Positions 52,054 to 60,896 of a stretch of 64,000 nt of DNA are shown here, piece by piece. The notes below the pieces were generated by a model that searched no databases, had not been told where the DNA came from, and saw only the letters and a program-made list of their open reading frames with translations. The position numbers were made by a program, and so were the translations under genes. Numbering within the stretch: the first letter of the stretch is position 1; each line of letters starts with the position of its first letter. The stretch is from a bacterium (GTDB lineage: Bacteria > Patescibacteriota > Minisyncoccia > Phycocordibacterales > UBA2100): the NCBI GenBank assembly GCA_016789445.1, contig JAEUQT010000001.1, positions 195,603-259,602 on the forward strand, read 5' to 3'.

Positions 52054-53660
52054 TCGCCGTCGTGGAGGTACTCAGCACCTGCAGCGTTGAGCGAGCAGCG
52101 GTTACCGTAGGTCTTCGCATCATGAAGCTGACAGATCGCCGGACAGATCATTCCGGGAGCGCAGGTATTCGCACAGCCGGCAGGACGACCACACACCGGA
52201 GCATACTCCATGGTGCAGGCAACCGAACCTGATTCGCTACTCACGCGTACCGTAATTGATGCTTTTGCTTCCTTCCCTTCTGCATCACGAGCTATCACCT
52301 GTACCGTATAGGTACCCGCTACGGCATAGCTATGCGTAAAGGTAGCTGTTTGCGTGAATACCGGCAGGCTCGTCTGGAGACCAGATGCGTAATTATTCTC
52401 ATCGCCCCACGTGATGTAGTAACTGAGCTGCTGTCCTTCGGGATCAGATGCTTTTACCGTCCAGGTTCCTGACTGGTTCGTCGTCAGTGACGTCGGACCT
52501 GAGAATCCCGAGATGCTTGGCGCCTTACCGCTTCCTGAACCGCCGAAGTAAGCGGTGCAGTACGCATTCTTAGCGATCGTCGCTGCAGGACACGCCTTCA
52601 GTGTGCAGAACGCAGGACCTCCCGGCTCCGAGCGACCGCAACTATTGCAGCCGTCATACCAGCTCTTGCACTGGGCGTCCGCTGACGGATCAGTCGATCC
52701 GGTTCGGCACTGTCCTTCGTATGCGAAGGATGCCCCATCAGCCTCCATCATGCACGTATTGCTGTACGTGGTCGGCACGGGATTGCAGGGCGCCGTGATG
52801 CAGACAACCTGCTTCATGCCGCAGACCGGACGATATTCCTTGGTGCACGCGATTGAACCGACCGTGATCTGCACCTTCGCGATGACGGTCACCGGACAAC
52901 CCGGTGGAGCACAGAAACCGCCTACTTTCTTGAGAGTCGCGGTATAGGTGCCGTCTTTGGAGTAGGTGTGCTGGAGCGAGACCGGATTCGCACAACGCTG
53001 CTGCATGGCATTATCCGTTTCTCCGCAGGAGATCCACTGTGCTTCGCTGCCATCGCCGAAATCAAGGACCGTGTCCTGTCCGTCATAGGCACTCGGACGC
53101 GTCGTGCCATCGCCGATCTTCGAGGTGAACGTCACCGTAAGCGGTGCACCTCCCTTCTGTGGAGTGGCGGTCAGGTCTGTGCCGGAAGTTCCGTTACCGC
53201 CGCACCAGACACGCAGGCGATCTTTCGTCTTAGGACCGAAAAGTCCTGCACCGGCGATACGGGCATCAGCGGTCGCGATAACTCCCTGCGATGCCTGCCA
53301 GCGCACGAGCGCTTCCTTCGTGAGATTACCGAAGAATCCTGATGCCTCAGCGTTGAGATACCCTTCTTGCTTAAGGAATTCCTGCACGCTCTTCACATCA
53401 TCGTTCGTCTGGCCTTGAGTGATCGAGCGATCAAGCACCGTACAAACGCGATGCTTCAACCCCCACGCATTCGGTGTCGTGCCCGATGGCGTGGTGACCA
53501 CCGCCTGGCCTTGGAGGGACCTGATCTGCAGATTAAGCTCGGCGATCTTCGCGAGGAGCTCATTGATGCGGGACTGCACGTCGCTCCCGGTAAGCGCCGA
53601 GGTCGCGAACGGTGCGGCACAGAGCACGATGACGAGCGCGGTGAGGAATTGTTTTTTCAT
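52041..53660 (-). CDS. secreted protein: coiled coil + PG-binding-1 + two PKD-like domains + Cys-rich regions
   Basis: PGBD DDVKSVQEFLKQEGYL ... GFFGNLTKEALVRWQ. PKD-like FGDGS ... HTYSKDGTYTATL and ITWGDEN ... HSYAVAGTYTVQVIARD. Confidence 0.6.
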   Translation of the reverse strand: MKKQFLTALVIVLCAAPFATSALTGSDVQSRINELLAKIAELNLQIRSLQGQAVVTTPSGTTPNAWGLKHRVCTVLDRSITQGQTNDDVKSVQEFLKQEGYLNAEASGFFGNLTKEALVRWQASQGVIATADARIAGAGLFGPKTKDRLRVWCGGNGTSGTDLTATPQKGGAPLTVTFTSKIGDGTTRPSAYDGQDTVLDFGDGSEAQWISCGETDNAMQQRCANPVSLQHTYSKDGTYTATLKKVGGFCAPPGCPVTVIAKVQITVGSIACTKEYRPVCGMKQVVCITAPCNPVPTTYSNTCMMEADGASFAYEGQCRTGSTDPSADAQCKSWYDGCNSCGRSEPGGPAFCTLKACPAATIAKNAYCTAYFGGSGSGKAPSISGFSGPTSLTTNQSGTWTVKASDPEGQQLSYYITWGDENNYASGLQTSLPVFTQTATFTHSYAVAGTYTVQVIARDAEGKEAKASITVRVSSESGSVACTMEYAPVCGRPAGCANTCAPGMICPAICQLHDAKTYGNRCSLNAAGAEYLHDGECQQ

Positions 53661-53683
53661 AAAAATTTCGCTACGTGTAATGA

Positions 53684-55042
53684 TTAATATCCTGCGTAAT
53701 CAGTCCAACCCGAGTGCGTGCACTTGAGCGTGATGGTTTCGACGACCGTCGTAGTCCTGCAGGTGAGCCACTGGCAGAGCTGCGTTCCCGGGGGAACCTG
53801 GGCTTTCTTAGTGGAACCTTCAGGACTGCACTTGCCGCCGATCTGTGTCGCATAGCTCGGCAGCGCAGCCGTCTCTGGAGTAGACGTCGGATGCGTATAG
53901 TTCTGACAATTCGTACCCGTCGGACTGCACTTCTGCCATCCCCCGTTATCGCATTTCATGATCGGTGATGTGGTTGAAAGATAGACTCCCTCGGTGAAAA
54001 AGGGCTGCCAGACGGCGGTCGCACCTGATGCGACGACCTGATTCCCCCATGGCGTAATGCACGCAGCAGCGCTCGTCGTGCTCGCGAGCGAGGCAGTCGG
54101 ATTCAGCGGATTCGAGGAGGTGTTCGCACTTACGCTGCCGGAAGTTACTTTCACACTGAGCGCTCCTACGGCTGTGGCGCCGGAGACATCTTTCACCGTA
54201 ACTTGTACGGCATAGGTACCCGCCTTCGCATAGGAGTGCGAGCCGGTAGAAACCGAAGTAAAGGTGCCGCTGATCCCCGCGATGGTCTTCAGGATGTCCT
54301 CGAATCCCTCATCGCCCCAGGTGATGTTGTACGTGAGTGCGCCACCCTCCGGATCAGTTGCCTGCACCTGCCAGCTACGAAACTCTCCGACACCGATCTC
54401 GGTCGGCCCGGTGATGCCGGTGATGACCGGCGCTTTATTGCCGCTTCCCTGCGCAACGACACAGCGCCACCCGATATGACAGGTATTGTTCATCATTCGC
54501 TCCCAGGTACCGCCGCACGAGATGTTCGGCGCAGTCGCGGTAGTGACCTGCGCGCATTGCTGCTGCGGATTCGCGGTAACGGGAGTCGTGGTGACCGGCG
54601 TCGAGACTACACCCGAACAGAGGGTGAGAATAACCGATCGCGTCTTAGGCCCTACGGCTCCATAACCGGTCGTGGCCGCGCTACCGCTCGAGACGACACC
54701 ATTAGCTGCCTGGAGCTTCTTGATCGCCGCTTCGGTAATTGCGCCGAAATATCCCGTTGAAGCATCGCTCATATAGCCCTTGGCACGCAGGAAGTCCTGG
54801 AGCGCGGTCACGTCGCTCCCCCGAGCACCGACACTGAGAGTGCGGGCAATGGCGGGACACCCTACGGCACCTACCGGAGTTGCGCTAGCCGGCGCGGCGG
54901 GTGCTCCTGATATCTTGTCTTGGAGCGCCTTGATCTGCGAGAGAAGCGCGTTGATTTTCGTTTGGAGCTCTTCCGCAGTCTGAGCGGAAGATGCCGCAGG
55001 AATAAGGATGAGTGCGATAAGAAAAACAGCAGCGGTACGCAT
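53684..55042 (-). CDS. secreted protein: coiled coil + PG-binding-1 + PKD-like domain, paralog
   Basis: PGBD RTLSVGARGSDVTALQDFLRAKGYM ... GYFGAITEAAIKKLQ. PKD-like ITWGDEG ... HSYAKAGTYAVQVTVKD. Confidence 0.6.
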   Translation of the reverse strand: MRTAAVFLIALILIPAASSAQTAEELQTKINALLSQIKALQDKISGAPAAPASATPVGAVGCPAIARTLSVGARGSDVTALQDFLRAKGYMSDASTGYFGAITEAAIKKLQAANGVVSSGSAATTGYGAVGPKTRSVILTLCSGVVSTPVTTTPVTANPQQQCAQVTTATAPNISCGGTWERMMNNTCHIGWRCVVAQGSGNKAPVITGITGPTEIGVGEFRSWQVQATDPEGGALTYNITWGDEGFEDILKTIAGISGTFTSVSTGSHSYAKAGTYAVQVTVKDVSGATAVGALSVKVTSGSVSANTSSNPLNPTASLASTTSAAACITPWGNQVVASGATAVWQPFFTEGVYLSTTSPIMKCDNGGWQKCSPTGTNCQNYTHPTSTPETAALPSYATQIGGKCSPEGSTKKAQVPPGTQLCQWLTCRTTTVVETITLKCTHSGWTDYAGY

Positions 55043-55072
55043 TCCTATAGTATGTATGCTCTGAATCGCGGC

Positions 55073-55765
55073 TCAGGCGACTGGTGTGGATAGAAGCTTC
55101 GTTGCGCTCGCGATGTCATCGGGGTTCGTGATCTGGATCCACCTCGTCGCCTCGACGACGTTGAGCGGGATACCGCTCGCTTTCGATGCGGCGACCACGG
55201 TCTGTGGCAGACCTAATTCGTCCGACCCCGCCTTCTTGGGAATGGCCGGAAAATCAAAGATGCGCGGATCGAGGGCGAACATATTGGTCGACACCGCACC
55301 CTCCCCTTCGCCGTTCTCGATGATATCGCTTACATGATGCTCGATATCGATAACGACACGGCCACCGACTTTCGTGTCCGGCACGCGCTGCACGAGTAAC
55401 GCCCAATCATGCGCGAGTACCGCCCGGATATCTTCTTTCGCATAGATGTCATCCCCCATCATGACGAGGAATTTCTCAGTGAGATATTGTTTTGCCTGGA
55501 GAAGCGCATCCATCGTACCGCCCACGATGTTCGCCTGCTCGATGTAGATTATTCTTTTCCCCTTATAGGAATCGCCGAATTTGGCGGTGATAGTCTCCTT
55601 CAGGTACCCGACGATGAGGATGATCTCGTGCACATCATCCGGCAGCGCATCGAATTTATGCTCGAGAAGCGTCTTGCCGGCGACTTCAAGCATCGGCTTA
55701 GGAAGCTGCTCCGTAAGAGCGCCCATTCGTGTGCCACGTCCGGCGGCGAGTATGACTGCTTGCAT
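55073..55765 (-). CDS. sugar-phosphate nucleotidyltransferase (NTP_transferase family)
   Basis: [26 protein letters not shown] ... VMMGDDIY is the G-x-G-T-R-M signature of nucleotidyl-sugar pyrophosphorylases. Confidence 0.75.
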   Translation of the reverse strand: MQAVILAAGRGTRMGALTEQLPKPMLEVAGKTLLEHKFDALPDDVHEIILIVGYLKETITAKFGDSYKGKRIIYIEQANIVGGTMDALLQAKQYLTEKFLVMMGDDIYAKEDIRAVLAHDWALLVQRVPDTKVGGRVVIDIEHHVSDIIENGEGEGAVSTNMFALDPRIFDFPAIPKKAGSDELGLPQTVVAASKASGIPLNVVEATRWIQITNPDDIASATKLLSTPVA

Positions 55766-55813
55766 AGCGGTACTGTATAGCCTGCGGGAGAGCCTGGGAA
55801 GGCCCGATGAAGG

Positions 55814-56320
55814 CTAGAAAGTTATGCCGCTCGGGAGTGCGAACTTGCTCTCGTCGGTCGGCCATGCGACGCAGTGGTAATCGTAGTCCTGATTGAGCTG
55901 TGCCGAAACCTCAGCACTCACTTCCGGCTCACCCTCGTTGCGGGAGATCGGGAACTTGAACCCCTTGCTCATCATACTGGTCCAGGTGTAGGCGGTTTTA
56001 TCGCGCATCAGCATGTGCGATTCCATCTTCCCCACCTGCGGGATCTCAGAGACGAAATCTGCGCGCACCATATCCTGCGCAACATAGGTAGTGCCCGTTG
56101 AGGTAATGCCTTCTGTGGTTACCGATACGTCGCATTTCCAGGAACCGCCACGCCCCATGAGTTCCTGCATGGAACCCTTGAAATCCTGCGTCTCGGAAGA
56201 AACCATCTCGCTTGAACCTGATGCATTCGAGGCGGTATCCGATGCAGACTGCTGATTCATGACGAACCACGCCCCTGCCCCAACCACCACCAAACCGATA
56301 AGCGCGTATAAGATTTTCAT
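55814..56320 (-). CDS. membrane-anchored/secreted hypothetical protein
   Basis: N-terminal TM ILYALIGLVVVGAGAWFV. 168 aa; no recognised motif. Confidence 0.4.
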   Translation of the reverse strand: MKILYALIGLVVVGAGAWFVMNQQSASDTASNASGSSEMVSSETQDFKGSMQELMGRGGSWKCDVSVTTEGITSTGTTYVAQDMVRADFVSEIPQVGKMESHMLMRDKTAYTWTSMMSKGFKFPISRNEGEPEVSAEVSAQLNQDYDYHCVAWPTDESKFALPSGITF

Positions 56321-56374
56321 ATCAAATAAAGTTACATATAGATGCGGTGATTCTATACCTAATTCACCTTCCCA

Positions 56375-56488
56375 AGAAACTCACATGCAGAGCTTACGAG
56401 GGTCTTCGCAGGCCCGACGGGGCCGAGACTGAGCGCTGGCGCAGCAGCGTCAGATAGCGACCCGAGAAAGCACTGCATGTGAGTTTCT
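56375..56488. repeat. 16-bp perfect inverted repeat (AGAAACTCACATGCAG / CTGCATGTGAGTTTCT) enclosing an ~82-nt GC-rich loop, directly downstream of pgk
   Basis: Arms at 56375-56390 and 56473-56488. No U-tract follows. Antisense ORF 56359..56637 is judged spurious. Confidence 0.5.
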
Positions 56489-56500
56489 ACACTCTTCCCC

Positions 56501-57640
56501 TTACTCGAGCGCCTGAATACCCGGAAGCGTTCCATCGAGGAGATACTCGAGCATGGCGCCGCCGCCGGTCGAGAGGAATCCGAGCTTATCTTCCCCGATA
56601 CCGCTATCCATAATGGCAGCGATAGTATCCCCGCCACCGATGACTGCGCGGGCTCCCGCGGCTACACGGCGACTGACCATCTCGGCAATCGCATGCGTAA
56701 ACGAGGTAAAACCCTCCTCATAGAGACCCGTCGGACCGTTCCAGAGTATGAAATTCGCTTTTTCGAGGTGCGGTGCGATTGCGGCGACTGAATCCGGTCC
56801 GATATCGACGATCTTATCGTCAGCCTCAACGGATTCCGGCTTCACTACCCTCGCATGACCATCACTGCGCTGAGCCGTTACATCACGCGGTGCGATAAAG
56901 TGCGGGTGATTCAATATATAAGGAGTCGGCTGCTCCTTGGAGATCAGCGACCTTCCCACCGGATGACCCTGCGCCGTATAGACATCGTTCGCCAAGGCTC
57001 CGGTTACGAAAAGATGATCATATGAGCCAAGAAGTGTCTTGATGAGCGGTGCCTTGGTCTCGAATTTCGCCCCGCCGAGGATGGCGAATGACGGATGATC
57101 GGGTACGCGTGCATCCTTGAGGGCTTTTACCTCATCGCGAAGGAGCAGCCCTGCGTAATGCGGCAGGTACTTCGGAATCCCTACAATAGATGTATGGGCG
57201 CGATGAGCAGCTGAGAACGCATCCCCCACGTACACTTCGCCGAGGCTCGCGAGCTGCTTCGCGAATTCATCATCATTGGCGACCTCGCGTGGATCCTGTC
57301 GAAGGTTTTCCAAAAGGATGACGTCACCGTCCTCCATCACCTGGATGGCATTGCGCGCCGCATGCCCGTCGATTTCCGGCAGATACGTATGCTTCACGTG
57401 ATGCATGAGCGCGCGCGAGACCGGCGCATTCGTCTCCTTAGGGTCGCGACCGATATGGGAGAGCACGATGACGCGCGCGCCGAGCTGCGAGAGGAACTTC
57501 AGCGTCTCGGCCGAACGCTTCACACGGAAGAGATCTGCAACCTCCCCCTTCTCGTCGAGAGGAACGTCGAATCCGGCACGGACGATGACACGCTTGCCGC
57601 GCAGCTCCTCTGCTGGGATCTCATCGATGCAGGTGAACAT
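56501..57640 (-). CDS. pgk: phosphoglycerate kinase
   Basis: 379 aa; RAGFDVPLDEKGEV ... VILLENLRQDPRE ... GGGDT; canonical PGK. Confidence 0.95.
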   Translation of the reverse strand: MFTCIDEIPAEELRGKRVIVRAGFDVPLDEKGEVADLFRVKRSAETLKFLSQLGARVIVLSHIGRDPKETNAPVSRALMHHVKHTYLPEIDGHAARNAIQVMEDGDVILLENLRQDPREVANDDEFAKQLASLGEVYVGDAFSAAHRAHTSIVGIPKYLPHYAGLLLRDEVKALKDARVPDHPSFAILGGAKFETKAPLIKTLLGSYDHLFVTGALANDVYTAQGHPVGRSLISKEQPTPYILNHPHFIAPRDVTAQRSDGHARVVKPESVEADDKIVDIGPDSVAAIAPHLEKANFILWNGPTGLYEEGFTSFTHAIAEMVSRRVAAGARAVIGGGDTIAAIMDSGIGEDKLGFLSTGGGAMLEYLLDGTLPGIQALE

Positions 57641-57641
57641 A

Positions 57642-58394
57642 CTACTTTTTAGAGGCCGCGATCAGGAGTTCGGTGAAGGTTTTCGCATCTACGCTGGCCC
57701 GCCCGACGAGAAGCCCCTTCACATCGCCGTCGCGCAGCATGAGCGGCGCACTTGCCGCATCCACCGATCCGCCATAGAGCACCGTGATGTTCATGCCGAG
57801 ATCCCCATACTTCTCGACGATCGCCTTGCGGATGAAGATGCTCATCTCGTGCATATCGCGCGGCGACATCGGTTGCGCTGCACCGATCGCCCAGACCGGC
57901 TCATACGCGATGATGACCTTTCCGATCTTCGCAGGAGAGACATGCTGCAAGCCGGCGCGGAGTTGCTCTTTCACGAACACGAAGTGCTCGCCCGCAGGCG
58001 TACGGGTCTTCTCACCGATACAGAAGATAGGAGTAAGTTTCGCCTCAAGCACCGCGGCGACCTTCTTCCCCACTTCTTCGTTGGTCTCCCCGAGTGCGCG
58101 GCGTTCCGCATGCCCCACGATCACATAGGCAGCCTTCGCATCGGCGACCTGCGGGATGGAAATGTCTCCCGTATAGGAACCCGCGTTCTCGAAATGTACG
58201 TTTTGTGCGGCGAGCGGCACTTTTGCACCCCTGGTCGCCGCCGCGAGGTCGCGCAGGAAGATCGCCGGCGGAGCGACGACGACGGAGACATTCTTAGCGG
58301 CAAGCGAGGCTTTCTTCGTCTCTTCGTAGAGCTTTATTGCCTCTTTCAGAGTCGCCGGATTCATCTTCCAGTTGGCGACAATGAGGGATTTCAT
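57642..58394 (-). CDS. tpiA: triosephosphate isomerase
   Basis: 250 aa; IVANWKMN ... VIVGHAERR ... AYEPVWAIG ... YGGSV. Confidence 0.95.
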   Translation of the reverse strand: MKSLIVANWKMNPATLKEAIKLYEETKKASLAAKNVSVVVAPPAIFLRDLAAATRGAKVPLAAQNVHFENAGSYTGDISIPQVADAKAAYVIVGHAERRALGETNEEVGKKVAAVLEAKLTPIFCIGEKTRTPAGEHFVFVKEQLRAGLQHVSPAKIGKVIIAYEPVWAIGAAQPMSPRDMHEMSIFIRKAIVEKYGDLGMNITVLYGGSVDAASAPLMLRDGDVKGLLVGRASVDAKTFTELLIAASKK

Positions 58395-58420
58395 GCGGCG
58401 ATTGTAGCATGCGGGTCATT

Positions 58421-58461
58421 TTGAAACGAAAAGGCATCCATCCTGACGGATGAATGCCTTT
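58421..58461 (-). terminator. intrinsic terminator after small membrane-protein gene
   Basis: 14-bp stem AAAGGCAUUCAUCC-GUCA-GGAUGGAUGCCUUU followed by UCGUUUCAAAAUG. Confidence 0.55.
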
Positions 58462-58469
58462 GATTGTTC

Positions 58470-58781
58470 TCAACTGTTTCGCACAACCTGCCGAATCCCG
58501 AAAGTGATCCCGCTGGCGACTGCGACCAGCAGTAGATGGCCAACGAGTATCAATTCCATGGCAAAAAATGCCATGAACATCCACGTTTGCCACTCTCCTT
58601 GGATGAGACCGCTCGCCGCGAATAGATAGGTCCAGACAACTGCCGCAATCGCGACGATCGAGAGCCGGCCCAGCACTCGAATCACCGGGAGAGCGCAATG
58701 AACGCCGATAATCACTCCGACGAGCGCGCTCACCATGTACGCCGGGATGCTTGCAATTGAAGCCCACGGTTCCACAAGCAT
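58470..58781 (-). CDS. small polytopic membrane protein (hypothetical)
   Basis: 103 aa, 3 TM segments. Textbook promoter TTGACT-16-TTATAAT at 58820-58847 and AAGGAG 7 nt upstream of the ATG. Confidence 0.5.
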   Translation of the reverse strand: MLVEPWASIASIPAYMVSALVGVIIGVHCALPVIRVLGRLSIVAIAAVVWTYLFAASGLIQGEWQTWMFMAFFAMELILVGHLLLVAVASGITFGIRQVVRNS

Positions 58782-58851
58782 TGCTTTCTCCTTGTTCTGA
58801 GGAAATTGGACTGATTGTTATTATAATGCATTTTCAGAAAAAGTCAATATC

Positions 58852-60315
58852 TTACTGCTCCCTCCAGAGAACCAATTTGTAATCAGGAGACGCCGACGGC
58901 GTAAAGGGCGGCGGATCGAACGCGAGGAGTCGGTCATAGGTATCGGTTCGTGTCTGATAGCCCGAGACCATTGTTCCCCCGCTCGACCACTGCGTACCGA
59001 CGCGATTATTGGAAATGACGCTGCCGATCGTGGTAAGGGATGCCTGGATCACATAGGAGTCGTACTGCGATGGCACATCGTTCTCCCCGGTCGTCGTGTA
59101 GTAGTTGCGACCGACATAGCCGTTCTGCGCGACAAAGACGCCACGCACCGTCATCGCATCAGGCGAATTCAGCGGAATAAGGATCGATCGTTCGGCGATC
59201 GCCGTGAGGCCGGATGATCCGCTGCCGGATGCGTACACGATGTCTCGGGAGAGGACGATGTCCGGCTGGAACGTTCCGGTATCCGCCGCGATCACCGTGA
59301 TCTTCGTACCGACGGTCCCTTCAAGCCAGACTTTCGATTGCGCGAAGATGACGCGGCAATCCGAGGGAATCGTATATCGGCCGACGTACGTCTCGCTGGA
59401 GATGATGTGGTAATCGGTCGTCCACGTGCCGATGTTATCGATACGTTGCGCATCGACCCCGATGGTGCCGGTAACACGGTACACATCCACGGTGTCGTCC
59501 GCGCGCAGCACGAGATGGAATCCACGCTGATCGCTCGCACCGACCGACGTGAAGGTGCCGCCCTGCTGCACGCCGTTCACACGTACGTTCGTCGGATTGA
59601 GCATGATGCCGTCGTTCGTCGCATAGGTCTGCAGTGTCGGGAAATCAGTCGAGATACCCGCGAAACTGAATGACGCTGCCGGATATTTCCAGAGCGCGGA
59701 ACCGCCGCCGGATCCGAACACGCCCGGCTGCGTCTGCGTCGGCGAACAACCGAACGACGAGGTGCAGGACCATGTCGTAAGCGCGCTCGAGACGATCGAG
59801 TTACTATCCCCATCCATGCGCACGCCGCCGTTGGAATGGTACGCACCCGTGATCACGCGGTCATCGCCCGCCCACACGTTCGCGTTGATGATGTTCGAAT
59901 ATTCCGCAACCGACGGACGCATGTAACGAGCATTCAAGGTGCGTTTATAGAGCGGATTGATGTTCGCCGTTCCCTGCGAGACGAGATCCGCCGACTGCAC
60001 GCGGCCGCACGAGGTGTTGAGTGTCGCCGTCACCGATGCGCTTCCCATCGTGCTTCCTTCAGGATCGCTTACGGTGTAACTTGCCGGCGAGACAAGCCCG
60101 GCGCCTGTCGTCATGATGTTCGGATTGCGCGCGAGGAACCATCGATAGTATTCGAGCCCTGCCTCCGCAACGTTCACGGCTTGTTCGCGTGCGTAGAGCG
60201 CGCGACCATACTTCCCTTGCGTGAGCACGTAACTCAGAATCGTCCCGAGCAGAAAGAGGAAGATCCCCATGAACGCGAGGACGAGCATCACCGTGACACC
60301 GCGTTCGTTTCGCAT
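58852..60315 (-). CDS. PilX-N-like type IV pilus minor pilin/assembly protein
   Basis: N-terminal NERGVTVMLVLAFMGIFLFLLGTIL matches the PilX_N pattern (QRGxxLxxxLxxxxxxxLxxLG). 487 aa, Ser/Thr/Gly-rich. Confidence 0.5.
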   Translation of the reverse strand: MRNERGVTVMLVLAFMGIFLFLLGTILSYVLTQGKYGRALYAREQAVNVAEAGLEYYRWFLARNPNIMTTGAGLVSPASYTVSDPEGSTMGSASVTATLNTSCGRVQSADLVSQGTANINPLYKRTLNARYMRPSVAEYSNIINANVWAGDDRVITGAYHSNGGVRMDGDSNSIVSSALTTWSCTSSFGCSPTQTQPGVFGSGGGSALWKYPAASFSFAGISTDFPTLQTYATNDGIMLNPTNVRVNGVQQGGTFTSVGASDQRGFHLVLRADDTVDVYRVTGTIGVDAQRIDNIGTWTTDYHIISSETYVGRYTIPSDCRVIFAQSKVWLEGTVGTKITVIAADTGTFQPDIVLSRDIVYASGSGSSGLTAIAERSILIPLNSPDAMTVRGVFVAQNGYVGRNYYTTTGENDVPSQYDSYVIQASLTTIGSVISNNRVGTQWSSGGTMVSGYQTRTDTYDRLLAFDPPPFTPSASPDYKLVLWREQ

Positions 60316-60316
60316 A

Positions 60317-60895
60317 TCAACGGAGATTACGGAGCGCAGCGGTGCTACGCAACGTGAATTGGTTCGGCATGCGGAACGGATTGATATTGACGACGACCGT
60401 CGACTCGATGAAGCGCAGTGCTGCTATGTCGTTCAGGTTCGTCATGAGATTCCCGTTCACATCATAGTACCTGAACGTCGCGATGCCCTGATCGATATTG
60501 CGCACCGAATCCGAAACGGTCGATACGACTTCCGGACTTGAGTAGACCGGAGGGTCCCCCACCGGATCGATGATGCCGCGTTTCAGAGAATTACCATCAA
60601 CGAAGAATCTGAGTTTCTCGATAAAGGGGTCACTGTCGACATCCGCGTAGAACGCGACGGAACTCGTCGAGATCGAGATGATGGGGTACGCGCCATCCGA
60701 TGCGTATGCCGCTTCGCGCATCGTCTTCACCATGCTTTCGATGCCGCGCTGCGCTGATGAAACAGCGGCGGATTGTTCGACGGTGTAGTTATTCGTGCGA
60801 TAGAAGTACTGCACTGAATTCACGATCGCGAGCATCGCAGCGAGCGTCACCGACACCCACACCACCGTCTCTACTAATGTCATACCGCGTTCCAT
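60317..60895 (-). CDS. type IV pilin-like protein (prepilin-type N-terminal cleavage/methylation motif)
   Basis: Start at internal MERG|MTLVETVVWVSVTLAAMLAIV, a G/MTLVE class-III signal with Glu at +5. The ORF-track N-terminus is a spurious Arg-rich extension. Confidence 0.6.
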   Translation of the reverse strand: MERGMTLVETVVWVSVTLAAMLAIVNSVQYFYRTNNYTVEQSAAVSSAQRGIESMVKTMREAAYASDGAYPIISISTSSVAFYADVDSDPFIEKLRFFVDGNSLKRGIIDPVGDPPVYSSPEVVSTVSDSVRNIDQGIATFRYYDVNGNLMTNLNDIAALRFIESTVVVNINPFRMPNQFTLRSTAALRNLR

Positions 60896-60896
60896 A

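Noticed and set aside
56359-56637. 92-aa minus ORF spanning the pgk 3' end and the inverted repeat
   Set aside because: It overlaps the pgk C-terminus out of frame and is Ser/Ala/Pro-rich. The inverted-repeat RNA structure is the more parsimonious feature.
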